Shown: positions 10,324 to 19,518 of the stretch, in pieces
Layout: each line of letters opens with the position of its first letter
How positions within the stretch are numbered: the first letter of the stretch is position 1
IMG/VR virus record: IMGVR_UViG_3300009157_000016
Location: 32,001-96,000 of that record
DNA: 64,000 bases
From: a virus
Strand: one strand, 5' to 3'
The notes under the pieces: generated by a model
Told to the model about the DNA's origin: nothing
The model's database searches: none
The model's input: only the letters and a program-made list of their open reading frames with translations
Made by a program: the position numbers and the translations under genes

Positions 10324-10832
10324 GCCTAAAGCTGCCAAAGCCCGACCCGCGAGCGACGGTGGAAGCAGCCGATCAGGAGTTTAACATGGTTGAATTAGAT
10401 CTGAAGTCTGAGAAGATCAGTCTGACGGTCTTGATTGGTTTTCTCACCATGTTCGCATCCTTGATATTGGCTTATGCCGATCTAAGGAATGGTCTTGGTG
10501 ACGCAGATGCTTTTATTGAGAACCAACGAAGTGAAAACACGCGAATGTTTCGCAAGATAGATGATCACATTGAGCTATTGACTGCCACTATCGCACGGGT
10601 CGACAGGTTGGAGTTTCAGATCGAGCAGATGCAGCAAAATGCCACGAATACGACTGAGCGCATTGGTGTCGTTACCGAGAGCTTCTCCAATCAGATGAGC
10701 AGCGCGAACACTTTGATCAGTCGCATCAATATCGAGCTGGCTATTGTCAATCAGATGCTTAGGCAGCTAGGATATAGGAACGACGATGATCGAGGACTGA
10801 GTGGTCTGGCTCCGGATGAAGTTGGTCGCTAA
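10320..10832 (+). CDS. Single-TM coiled-coil protein
   Basis: TM ISLTVLIGFLTMFASLILAY followed by coiled coil; last gene of the + operon. Confidence 0.55.
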   Translation: MSLKLPKPDPRATVEAADQEFNMVELDLKSEKISLTVLIGFLTMFASLILAYADLRNGLGDADAFIENQRSENTRMFRKIDDHIELLTATIARVDRLEFQIEQMQQNATNTTERIGVVTESFSNQMSSANTLISRINIELAIVNQMLRQLGYRNDDDRGLSGLAPDEVGR

Positions 10833-11560
10833 GGAATGACTGTGATGGGGCGGTCCACGCCCTTGCCAGTCAGAAGTTCTTCATCACGCTCTTGCAGCAC
10901 TTTCTGCAAGCGCCGCGTTCCTTCCACAATCAGATCATTCTCAACGAACTCAGAGGCGGTAGGCGCTAGGCCCATCTGCATGAGTTCCTTGGCGCGCTCA
11001 GACGGCTCGTAGATGGGACCCTGTGGCTTCTTGCGCTGATGCTGATACTTCCCGTCGTAGGGCTTGTTGGTAGGATGGTCCAGCCAGTCAAAGATCATCT
11101 GGCAGACCGGATCACCCTTCTTGTAGGTCACGTTGGCGGTTCCAAGGTTGACCAGCTCCAACGTGCCGTTGCCCCAAAAGCCGGGATCAAAGAACGTGTT
11201 GAAGGCGGACACGAAGACCCGCGCGTAGGTGCTTTTGTCGCACACGCCGCCTGACACTTGGTCGGGCATGTAGAAGTCTTCCAGTGTGTAGGCCAGCGCC
11301 GCCATAGGCGGGTTGTTGCTCAGCTTGTCCTTGAGCAGCTCCACGTTTGCGAAGCCGTGCTCCAGGATGTGGTCGGAGATGATATGGGCGGGATTGATCC
11401 CAAGGATCAGATCGTGGTCAATGTGGCAGTCGTAGGAAGCCGAGCTGAGCCCGCCTGACTTGCCGTTGATCACGACCTTCTCTCGCCGGAACGGAGAGAT
11501 CATCGGCTGGTTTGTGTCTGCGCACAACGCTAGAATGCTTTGATGGGACAGCCGAGCCAT
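10829..11560 (-). CDS. dcd: dCTP deaminase / trimeric dUTPase-family protein
   Basis: SGGLSSASYD, VCDKSTYAR, FDPGFWGNGTLELVN, GDPVCQMIF, YDGKYQHQ motifs. Confidence 0.9.
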   Translation of the reverse strand: MARLSHQSILALCADTNQPMISPFRREKVVINGKSGGLSSASYDCHIDHDLILGINPAHIISDHILEHGFANVELLKDKLSNNPPMAALAYTLEDFYMPDQVSGGVCDKSTYARVFVSAFNTFFDPGFWGNGTLELVNLGTANVTYKKGDPVCQMIFDWLDHPTNKPYDGKYQHQRKKPQGPIYEPSERAKELMQMGLAPTASEFVENDLIVEGTRRLQKVLQERDEELLTGKGVDRPITVIP

Positions 11561-11877
11561 TACCTTCTCCTCTTGCTCCGGTAGACCTTCTCCGGGCTTG
11601 CTAGGACCCGCGTGCAAAGCTTGTGATGCTTCTCGCACCAACTCTTACCCGGCAAAACGGGGTCTCCGCAATAGCGTGCTTTGGGGTCCCGCAGTTCACC
11701 GTAGATGTACTTGCATTCGTCAAAGTTGGGTATGTTGCCTAGACGGAACTTGGCAAGCTTCTTCGCTTTGCGTTCTTTGTAAGCTTCCAAGTTGAAATCA
11801 GGCGGCAGGCGTTCCCGGTGCTTAGGCGGCCATAGCCGCGCAATGTCCTCCTCAGTGAGGCGAACCCGGTGTTTCAC
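11560..11877 (-). CDS. GcrA-like protein, C-terminal Cys-rich domain only
   Basis: CKYIYGE..YCGDPVLPGKSWCEKH matches the GcrA C-terminal C(K/R)WPxGxP..FCG..YCxxH pattern; no GcrA HTH at the N-terminus. Confidence 0.7.
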   Translation of the reverse strand: MKHRVRLTEEDIARLWPPKHRERLPPDFNLEAYKERKAKKLAKFRLGNIPNFDECKYIYGELRDPKARYCGDPVLPGKSWCEKHHKLCTRVLASPEKVYRSKRRR

Positions 11878-13730
11878 GCAAGAATCTCCTCGTACTCAAG
11901 CGAGGAGCTTTCCTCCGCCATGACGGCCGTGAGCACGCCGGCAAATTCACCGCTGTCGAAGGCATGGTGATCTACCAGCCATACCTTCTTGTTCTCCCGG
12001 TCAGCCCGTTCGCGTAGGTTGTCAATGAGGTCGGCCATCCCCTCAGCGCTCAGGTGCTCAGAAGGCTCGTCATGCATCTCAATGCCGCTTGTGAGCCCCA
12101 CGCGCTCAAGGATCATATTCGACACGGCCAAGTCGCCGGCCAGCCTGATCCGCTGGATCTCGCCGCCGCTAAAGGCTTCGTATGGTACCGGCTCAGTGTG
12201 GCGCGGTGAGTAGATGAGAACGGTGAAACCCTTCGTGATCCCGCCTGACTTGTTCTCACGTTCAATGTCAAGCTGGATCTCCCAGCCAATGAGGCCGAGC
12301 TGCGTCAGGTTGTTGTTCGTCTCAATCTCAAGCTGCTTGAGAGTGCGCTCAATAACGAACAGGCGAATGCGCTTGAAGCCGGCGACCCAATAGAACACCG
12401 CATCATAGTGTTCCTTGAGCCGGGCAATCTCATCCTGCGACTCCTCAATGTCCTTCTCATAAGCATTGATGTCGTCACGGCGCTTATCCAGCAGCGCCTC
12501 AAAGGGGTCCTGCGCCGCCTGTAGCGTGTCGTAGTCCAGTTGCGCCTTCTTCAAGTCGCGCTCAGCTTGCGTCAGGGCGTTGTCGCAGTCCACGCGGGCA
12601 TGGTGCGTCCCGGTGACCTTGTCGCTCGCCAATCTCAGGAGGCCGTCCGACTCTTCCATCTGACGCTTCAACTTCTTGCGGCGGCCCTTGGCGCGCTCAA
12701 GCCGCTCATAGATGTCGTCAGCCTCCTGCTCATCCTTCTCGCGCAACGCTTCTATCTTGTCACCCTGCTTCTTAAGGTGATCACCGTCCACGACCTGTAG
12801 GCACGTGGGGCAGATCTTGCCGCGCAGACTGTCGAAGTGCTTGTGGTCGTCTTGCAGCGCCGCCAGCTTGGCGGTCACGCGGTCGTAGTCGCCCTGCAAG
12901 GAAGCTGCGTCCCGGCGTTCGTCGAAGTAGGTCAGCTCCAATCCCTGCCGCCCCTGTTTCAAGCTGTCCAGCGAACGCGCGGCGGCCTGCTCAGCTTTGC
13001 GCAGCGCCGGCAGCGCATCCTTAAGGTCGGTCACGCGCTCATCGTGTTTGCTGATCTGCTTCTTTAGGGCTTTCAGGCTGACCTTCCTGTCGTCTACGAA
13101 CTGGTCCGACTTGCGCCTCAGCTCTTTCAAGCCGGCAATGGCTTCCTCACGCCGCCCCTCAGCGCGGTTCAGTTCTGCTTCCTCCTTGCGCATGTCAGTT
13201 GAGATGCGCTCAGCTTTGGACGAAGCGCGCTTGCTGCGCTCAAGCCAGAAGTCAAGCTGCATGATGGACGCGAACAGTGACAGCTTGGCGGCCGGCAGCA
13301 AGTCAAAGAACGACGTGCCAAACTGCGGGATGAAGATGGCGTACTTGAACGCCTCATCGTTCATGCGCAGGAGCTTGTCAACTTGATCCTGCGTTGCCTT
13401 CTGTCCGTCAATGGTCAGGAAGTTCGGGTTTTGCCCGCGCGCTATGGTGAAGGTGCCGAGTCCAACGGTTACGTCGACTTCCACCTTGCACGACTGCGTG
13501 CCCCAATGGACGACGTTCGCCGCTTTGATCCCCCGCGTGCTAGTGCCGTAGAAGCACCAATATATGGCGTCCACAAGAGACGTCTTGCCGCAGGCGTTCG
13601 CCCCAAGGCCGGGGCTGTCCTCGTTGCGGCCGGTGAGATAGTAGAGGCCAATGCCTTCCGGGAACCAGAACTCGTGTTCGCCGTAGTAGGACTTGAACCA
13701 CCACATGCAGATGCGCAGGATGTCGAACAT
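11874..13730 (-). CDS. SbcC/Rad50/gp46-like ATPase
   Basis: Walker A GANACGKTS, coiled coil with CPTC zinc hook, signature FSGGE, Walker B HDE, H-loop DHH. Confidence 0.95.
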   Translation of the reverse strand: MFDILRICMWWFKSYYGEHEFWFPEGIGLYYLTGRNEDSPGLGANACGKTSLVDAIYWCFYGTSTRGIKAANVVHWGTQSCKVEVDVTVGLGTFTIARGQNPNFLTIDGQKATQDQVDKLLRMNDEAFKYAIFIPQFGTSFFDLLPAAKLSLFASIMQLDFWLERSKRASSKAERISTDMRKEEAELNRAEGRREEAIAGLKELRRKSDQFVDDRKVSLKALKKQISKHDERVTDLKDALPALRKAEQAAARSLDSLKQGRQGLELTYFDERRDAASLQGDYDRVTAKLAALQDDHKHFDSLRGKICPTCLQVVDGDHLKKQGDKIEALREKDEQEADDIYERLERAKGRRKKLKRQMEESDGLLRLASDKVTGTHHARVDCDNALTQAERDLKKAQLDYDTLQAAQDPFEALLDKRRDDINAYEKDIEESQDEIARLKEHYDAVFYWVAGFKRIRLFVIERTLKQLEIETNNNLTQLGLIGWEIQLDIERENKSGGITKGFTVLIYSPRHTEPVPYEAFSGGEIQRIRLAGDLAVSNMILERVGLTSGIEMHDEPSEHLSAEGMADLIDNLRERADRENKKVWLVDHHAFDSGEFAGVLTAVMAEESSSLEYEEILA

Positions 13731-14056
13731 TAGCCGAAGGGCTCCGGATCGTGGTCGCCGTCACGCCATTGCTGGAAGGCTGCCTTGTCGCGCTCGTTGA
13801 GCTTCCCGTGGCCCATCATGCCCACGCTGTCGGTGATCTCGAAGCGGCCGTCAAGGAGCTGACGGATAGCGCGGGTGAACGGTACCGGCGACTCGCTGGA
13901 TGTGTAGAAGCCATCCCATTCGTCCGTCTTGGCGTTCCACACGTAGTCGCTCAGCACGTAGTAGGTGTCACGTTCCTTGTGGTGGAGGACGTGGTAAAGC
14001 AAACTCATGTCCGGCACGTCACCGTTCTTGTCCGGCGTGTCGTAGTTGATCGGCAT
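13730..14056 (-). CDS. Hypothetical protein (DUF1653-like pattern)
   Basis: HHK..YYVL..Y..FTR..DGRF pattern; GGAGG RBS. Confidence 0.45.
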   Translation of the reverse strand: MPINYDTPDKNGDVPDMSLLYHVLHHKERDTYYVLSDYVWNAKTDEWDGFYTSSESPVPFTRAIRQLLDGRFEITDSVGMMGHGKLNERDKAAFQQWRDGDHDPEPFG

Positions 14057-15047
14057 TTCCTTCCTCCAGCAGTAAGGCCCCCTCACGCTTGAAAGGGGCG
14101 GATACCTTCTCGACGACAGTGAACTCTTCAAACACGACCTTGGGATCTTTTGAGGCGATCTCCTTGGCGCTGGCTCTGCGCCGCTCCTTGGCCTTTTGGA
14201 CCTTCATCTCAACACCATACACTTCCAGGTCCAATCTGCGGCATTCGTCAAGAACTGCTTTCTTGACACGCTGCCATTCAAAGGCTTCCTCGCGTGTGAG
14301 ATCCACGGTGATCTTGACGTGGTCGCCTTGCTTCACCTGACCGTCAATCTCCCCCACTTCCCTGATTGTGAGGCTGCGCTTGGCGGGCGCTTCAAAGTGG
14401 ATGTCGTCAAGCAGGTCGTGCTTCGTATCCAGCAAGACGCAGCGCGGCTGAAAATCGTCGCCAAAGCGCACATGATAGGGCGCGCCAACGTAGGCGACAG
14501 CGCCGACGTCCTGCGGGCGGTGTATGTCACCGGCCAATATGCGTTTGGCGCGTAGGCGCTCAATTGTCGCGGTCTCTAGGCCGTTCAGACGTGCCCCGGA
14601 CTCAGCTATGGCCCCTTCAATGCATTGGTGAATGAGGATGTAGTCCGGTCGACCCTCCAGCCAGTTAAAATCAGGCCATCCGTCCCATTGGTGCGGCACG
14701 CACAGAAAGTGGATGCCAGCGATTTTGAGCAGCATTGGCGTGGTGATGAAGCTGATCCCTTCCAGCCCGCTGAGGAACTTGAAGAAGGGATTCGCAGGGT
14801 CAACGTAGTCGTGGTTCCCTTGCAGCACGTAAACCGGTGGAATTAGGTGCTGCAATCCTTCCACGATCGCGTTGACAAGCTTCGCGCTATGCTTGTCTTT
14901 CTTGTCAGTGAGGTCGCCAAGGATGAACGTGAAGTCGACATCGTGTTGCCGCTGTTGCTTGCGCAGCCACGGCCATAAATCGAAACGATACTTATCCTTC
15001 GGCCGGTCAGTCATGTGCAAGTCACTCGCGAAAAGACCTATGCTCAT
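14019..15047 (-). CDS. SbcD/Mre11/gp47-like metallophosphoesterase nuclease
   Basis: SDLH, LGDL, GNHD, HQ, GDIH motifs; near the SbcC-like gene. Confidence 0.95.
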   Translation of the reverse strand: MSIGLFASDLHMTDRPKDKYRFDLWPWLRKQQRQHDVDFTFILGDLTDKKDKHSAKLVNAIVEGLQHLIPPVYVLQGNHDYVDPANPFFKFLSGLEGISFITTPMLLKIAGIHFLCVPHQWDGWPDFNWLEGRPDYILIHQCIEGAIAESGARLNGLETATIERLRAKRILAGDIHRPQDVGAVAYVGAPYHVRFGDDFQPRCVLLDTKHDLLDDIHFEAPAKRSLTIREVGEIDGQVKQGDHVKITVDLTREEAFEWQRVKKAVLDECRRLDLEVYGVEMKVQKAKERRRASAKEIASKDPKVVFEEFTVVEKVSAPFKREGALLLEEGNADQLRHAGQER

Positions 15048-15610
15048 ATGTTGGGGATCCATTTTTGGAGGGGGGTGGAGCCATCCACGTATAGCGGGTG
15101 GCGGGGATGGCGGTCCTTGGTCGTGCCAAGGCAGTACACGTCCTTGCCTGAGTGTTCCAGGATGCCGGCTACCGCGTCAGCGTAGTGCTGGAGCTTATTT
15201 GGAACCTTCCCCCACGCCGCTATGATGAAGCTTGCCTTGGCCGCATACTTCTTGATCAGGAAGTGATTGTCGGCCGAGCAGGGTTCCTTGCCTATCAGGT
15301 CCTCCGGGTGCGTGAACCGCAGATCCATGACGTTCATCTTCATGTAGGAAGTCATGATCAGCTTGTCGGTGAACAGGCACTCCCGCGCAATGGTGGGGTC
15401 GTTCATGGTGGCAATGGCGGTGCTTGGATTCATGCCTATCCACAAGGCAAAGCGGTCGTCCTCAAACCGCCTTTGTCTGTTCCACCAACGGCGCAGTGTC
15501 AGTCGGTATTCCTGATTGCGGCCGGCGAACGAGGCGTCGCCGCCCATGCCGGCCGGCATCCTTAGGAGCTTCTTTCCGCCGGGGTCGTGCTTTGGAGCGA
15601 AGAACGTCAT
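15044..15610 (-). CDS. DUF1643 family protein
   Basis: YRLTLRRWW, WIGMNPSTA..DPTI, IAAWG, PRHPLY. Confidence 0.9.
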   Translation of the reverse strand: MTFFAPKHDPGGKKLLRMPAGMGGDASFAGRNQEYRLTLRRWWNRQRRFEDDRFALWIGMNPSTAIATMNDPTIARECLFTDKLIMTSYMKMNVMDLRFTHPEDLIGKEPCSADNHFLIKKYAAKASFIIAAWGKVPNKLQHYADAVAGILEHSGKDVYCLGTTKDRHPRHPLYVDGSTPLQKWIPNI

Positions 15611-15830
15611 GACGCACCTTTCCACGTTCTTTTAGTTTCACTTTCCTTCCCAACGACCAGTAGACGACCAAGACCCTCTTCGATTGTCGCCACTTGACTA
15701 TGTGGCAGGGAGCGAGGACACGTCTCATCTGCCAGACTTGTTCGAGAAGCTCCTTCAACGTGCAGCCGGGCTCACGGCGGAACTTCCCTTTTATGGGAAT
15801 GCGGAAGAGGGTCGGGTCGTCATCCTTCAT
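15462..15830 (-). CDS. Hypothetical protein
   Basis: ATGA-coupled to the resolvase; long 3' overlap with DUF1643 makes the tail doubtful. Confidence 0.4.
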   Translation of the reverse strand: MKDDDPTLFRIPIKGKFRREPGCTLKELLEQVWQMRRVLAPCHIVKWRQSKRVLVVYWSLGRKVKLKERGKVRHDVLRSKARPRRKEAPKDAGRHGRRRLVRRPQSGIPTDTAPLVEQTKAV

Positions 15831-16345
15831 AGGCGCACGCGATCACGCAGCGGCCGGCACTTGAGAAAATCATCCCAAAAGATGACTTGCAGATTGAGTT
15901 GTGGGTAGATGGCTTCAATGCGGAAGATGCCCAGCAAATGGAAGCCCTTCTTGGTGCTGAGGACCAGTATGGGGAAATTGTTCTGGCGGGCAATGAGGAA
16001 CGGTATCTTGTCGAACTTCTCAGCATCCCGGCACAAGGCAAGCCAGAAGTTGACAAGGTTCCCCCTGCGCTTAATCAGCGCATCAATGTCCAAGTTCTTG
16101 AAATGCTTTGAGTCGACGAGGAAGTTGTCGACGAATTTCATGCCGGCTGGATCAATGGCGCTTATGTCACCGGCTTGCGCAGAGAGGATTGTGCCGGACT
16201 TGAAGGCAATGCTGGCCCGGCCTCCTGACATGGCGGTGCGCCAGAATATGTCCTCACGCTTGCCGCGCGTGACCCATTTGGATAGCTCACGGCAACAGTA
16301 GCGTTCGAACGTAGCGCCCTTTTTCTGACTACCGCCCTTCCTCAT
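15827..16345 (-). CDS. Holliday junction resolvase (PD-(D/E)xK type)
   Basis: GSQKKGATFER, RTAMSGG, GDI, VDSK motifs; near RecA. Confidence 0.75.
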   Translation of the reverse strand: MRKGGSQKKGATFERYCCRELSKWVTRGKREDIFWRTAMSGGRASIAFKSGTILSAQAGDISAIDPAGMKFVDNFLVDSKHFKNLDIDALIKRRGNLVNFWLALCRDAEKFDKIPFLIARQNNFPILVLSTKKGFHLLGIFRIEAIYPQLNLQVIFWDDFLKCRPLRDRVRL

Positions 16346-16679
16346 CTACCCGCTCCCCTTTATCGTTGATAGGCCACTTCTCACCGCTGATAAGACGGAT
16401 AGTGACCATTTCCTGATGACGGTTCATCATGTCGACTTCGTATTCCGCCTTGCCGTTGGCGACCTCAATGGTGAACCGCATTCCCCTTAGCTTCTCGGGG
16501 TCGCTGATGTCCAAGCCGAACTCACGAAGCATTGCGAACGTCGTCGTGGTGGAGTGCATCCACGGAGTGTCTATTGTGGTGTAGCGCTGGCCGTAGATGG
16601 GCTCCACATCTTTGCCGAATGCGGTATCAGGAACCTCGCCGGTGTGCAGCGAGAATTGCATCCTGCGTAGCTCAACCAT
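16329..16679 (-). CDS. Hypothetical protein
   Basis: GAGGAGG RBS; coupled to RecA. Confidence 0.55.
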   Translation of the reverse strand: MVELRRMQFSLHTGEVPDTAFGKDVEPIYGQRYTTIDTPWMHSTTTTFAMLREFGLDISDPEKLRGMRFTIEVANGKAEYEVDMMNRHQEMVTIRLISGEKWPINDKGERVDEEGR

Positions 16680-17724
16680 ACTTCCTCCTCTTGGGTATGA
16701 ACTCGTCCTCGATCTCATTCCAGAGACGACGGACGACCTTGTTGACGCGACGTGTCTCGCGGTCAAACTCCTTGTCGCTCATGTCGTTCAGCGCGTCGCG
16801 GTACTGAGTGAACTCCTTCTTCTCCGCCGGTATGTCAGCCGCCTTGAGACGCTTGATGGACTTGAGCCAGTCCAGCGAAGCCCCAAGGTCATCAATCCCG
16901 TAGCCAAAGATGAAGTCCATGTCGCACGACCTGAACGGGAAGCCGACCTTGTTCTTCTTGCATAGGGCTTTGATGCCGATCCCGTAGACGCGCTCAACGC
17001 CGCGAATGGTGCGCTTAAGCTGCTCCTTGTGGGACAGCCAGAGGATGTGCGTGGCGTAGAAGTCAAGCGCTTTGCCGCCAGCGCGGCGGTGCTTCTCCCC
17101 AAAGCTGACGTTGATGTTGTCCCGCACCTGTGAGACGATAACAAGGCAGACGCGGGCCTTGCCGATCTTCTTGGTCAGCTTGCGGAACAATTCAGACGCC
17201 ATCTTGGCCTTTGCCATGCCGTAGGTGGCGTCACCAATCTCACGCTCCAGTTCCTTCTCGTCGCTGAGGCCGTCATAGCTGTCCAGCACGTACATGCCGG
17301 GCACGTCGTCTTTGATGCAGTCGTCGCAGAAGCGTTCCAAGTCCCGTGCAAACGCTTCAATGGTGGTGATGGGGGCGTCCGGATCGCCGAAGTCTATGTC
17401 GTCAACCGGCGCGCCCATAGCCTGCGCATAGTCCATGTCGTAGGCTTCTTCTGTCTCCCGGTAGGCTGCCTTTCCCTTCGGGTAGTCCATGCAGAAGTTT
17501 GTCAGCCCCTCAGTGGCAAGCGCCGTCTTGGCCGTGCTCTTGTCGCCCACGATGTTGATCATACGTCCTAGGACGTAGCCGCCGCTGAGAACGTTATCAA
17601 GCAGCCCGCAGCCGCTTGACGTGAATTCCAGCTTCTCCTTTTCGGAGGTGAAATAGAGGTTGTCCTCTTTTCTCAGCTTGTCATAAGCCGTTTCATCCTC
17701 AAGCTTTACGCGCCGCTTTGCCAT
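16672..17724 (-). CDS. RecA/UvsX-like recombinase
   Basis: SSGCGLLDNVLSGG, GDKSTAKT Walker A, VLDS, SQVRDNI, GGKALDFYA, KNKVGFPFR; start MAKRRVKL after GGAGG. Confidence 0.95.
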   Translation of the reverse strand: MAKRRVKLEDETAYDKLRKEDNLYFTSEKEKLEFTSSGCGLLDNVLSGGYVLGRMINIVGDKSTAKTALATEGLTNFCMDYPKGKAAYRETEEAYDMDYAQAMGAPVDDIDFGDPDAPITTIEAFARDLERFCDDCIKDDVPGMYVLDSYDGLSDEKELEREIGDATYGMAKAKMASELFRKLTKKIGKARVCLVIVSQVRDNINVSFGEKHRRAGGKALDFYATHILWLSHKEQLKRTIRGVERVYGIGIKALCKKNKVGFPFRSCDMDFIFGYGIDDLGASLDWLKSIKRLKAADIPAEKKEFTQYRDALNDMSDKEFDRETRRVNKVVRRLWNEIEDEFIPKRRKYG

Positions 17725-17931
17725 CTGGCCTCCAGTTGTAGACACGGCGCTGCTTGGGAAGGGGGTTGACCGCCAGATAATCCTGCCAGCCCTCGTATCC
17801 CATCGCCCGTATCTGACTTTGATCTCTGTCCAACCTTGCCCAAGGGATTTCGTCATCCATCTGCTCTGCAAGAGGGCGGTTATCTAGCTGGTGGGCGTAG
17901 ATGACGCCCTCTTGCAGGAGGTAGGCAGCCC

Positions 17932-19503
17932 TTAGTCCCGGTCGCGCCTCCGGCGGTCCCGGTCGTCGTCCGGGTCGTCATAGCGGGTGCGCTTCTTGTC
18001 ACCGCGATCGTCGTCACGGTCGCGCTTGCGGTCACGGTCGTCGTCATCATCCCGACCGCCGCGCTTCTCGCCGACGTCACGTTTGCGGTCGTCGTCCTTG
18101 TCCCGGTCCTTGCTGCGCTCACGCATCTCAGCAAGACGGTCCTTCACGTTGCGGCGCTCACCCTTGTCGTCGTCATCGCGCTTCCGGTCCCGGTCCCGGT
18201 CATCGTCATCACGGTCGCGACTGCGGCTGCCACGGTCAACGTCATCCCGGTCACGGCTGCGGCGGTCGTCCTTGTCGTCGTCACGGTCACGCCCGCGCCG
18301 GTCATCACGGTCGTCATCCCGGTCACGGCTGGCACGACGATCATCCCGGTCATCATCACGGTCACGCCGGCCACGACGATCGTCGTCGTCTTCGCTCCTC
18401 TTCCGTGACGACCCACGGTCATCATCACGATCGTCGTCCCGGCCACGGCCGCGCACCGAACCACGATCATCATCATCCCGGTCACGCCGGCCACGGCCTG
18501 AGCCGCGTTCGTCATCATCCCGGTCACGGCTGCGCCCGCCGCGCCGGTCGTCATCCCGGTCACGGTCACGGCTACGGCCACCACGACGATCGTCTTTGTC
18601 GTCGTCGTCCGTTTCAACGCGGACGTGGCCGCCGAAGGCCGCTTCAATGTGGTCGTAGTCGTGGTATTGCAGGACATCAGGGATGGGATTTTCCTTGATG
18701 TAGTCCAGCACGTCCTGCATGTCACGCTTGTTGTCCAAGATGGGACCGCTGGGGAGGATCTTCATCTTGGACGCCGGGTACTTGGTATTGCGGCCGGTGC
18801 CTTCACGGTAGAAGCGGATGTCGTTCCCGTCGTAAGGGTCATCAATGTAGATGAGCGCCTTGGTGTCCTCGTCAACCGTCAGGTTGGCGATGTCCTTGTC
18901 GAACGTCCACGCCATTGCCCAAAACTGAGCGCCTTCGTCAGGAGCGTTCTTGTCAAGGACCCACACGCCCTTCCGCTTCTTGGGCGTCAGGGCTTTGGCC
19001 AGCTTCTCGTCGCCGTCCTTTTCAGCATCACGGCGGGCCTCATCCAGCGGGTCCCTCTTGCCCAGCATCTTGCTGAGGCTGAGGTACGTCTGCGAGTCGA
19101 CGCCAATGCCGTAGTTGCAGTAGATGTCGTAGCAGTAGTACTTCGCATCGTCCCACGTGGGCGGCAGGATGCGGATCGTGTTCTTGCCTTCCTTTGGCTT
19201 GAACACCTTGATCCCATCCTTTACGATGGAGTCGAAGTTCCCTCCGCTTTGGTTGGCGGCTTCCCGCACGGCTTCACGCGACGTGCGCTTGTAGACAAAG
19301 CTACCACCACGACTGGAGCCGCGATCATCATCACGGTCACGATCACGCGAACGACCACGGTCACGATCCCGGTCATCGTCGTCCCTCCCACGGCTTGAGC
19401 GCCTGTCGTCATCATCCCGGCCACGGCGACGATCGTCGTCCCGGTCACGGTCGCGATCCCGGTCATCATCCCGGTCACGGCGTCTATCGTCATCACGTGC
19501 CAT
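17932..19503 (-). CDS. gp32-like ssDNA-binding protein with long Arg/Asp-rich N- and C-terminal tails
   Basis: Core FKPKEGKNTIRILPP..DPYDGNDIRFYREGTGRNTKY is typical of gp32-like SSBs; lies between RecA and UvsY-like genes. Confidence 0.75.
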   Translation of the reverse strand: MARDDDRRRDRDDDRDRDRDRDDDRRRGRDDDDRRSSRGRDDDDRDRDRGRSRDRDRDDDRGSSRGGSFVYKRTSREAVREAANQSGGNFDSIVKDGIKVFKPKEGKNTIRILPPTWDDAKYYCYDIYCNYGIGVDSQTYLSLSKMLGKRDPLDEARRDAEKDGDEKLAKALTPKKRKGVWVLDKNAPDEGAQFWAMAWTFDKDIANLTVDEDTKALIYIDDPYDGNDIRFYREGTGRNTKYPASKMKILPSGPILDNKRDMQDVLDYIKENPIPDVLQYHDYDHIEAAFGGHVRVETDDDDKDDRRGGRSRDRDRDDDRRGGRSRDRDDDERGSGRGRRDRDDDDRGSVRGRGRDDDRDDDRGSSRKRSEDDDDRRGRRDRDDDRDDRRASRDRDDDRDDRRGRDRDDDKDDRRSRDRDDVDRGSRSRDRDDDDRDRDRKRDDDDKGERRNVKDRLAEMRERSKDRDKDDDRKRDVGEKRGGRDDDDDRDRKRDRDDDRGDKKRTRYDDPDDDRDRRRRDRD

Positions 19504-19518
19504 ACACTTCTCTCCTCG

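Noticed and set aside
17932-18620. Repetitive DNA as a CRISPR array or tandem repeat
   Set aside because: No fixed repeat-spacer period; the repetitiveness comes from Arg/Asp codons in an open frame.
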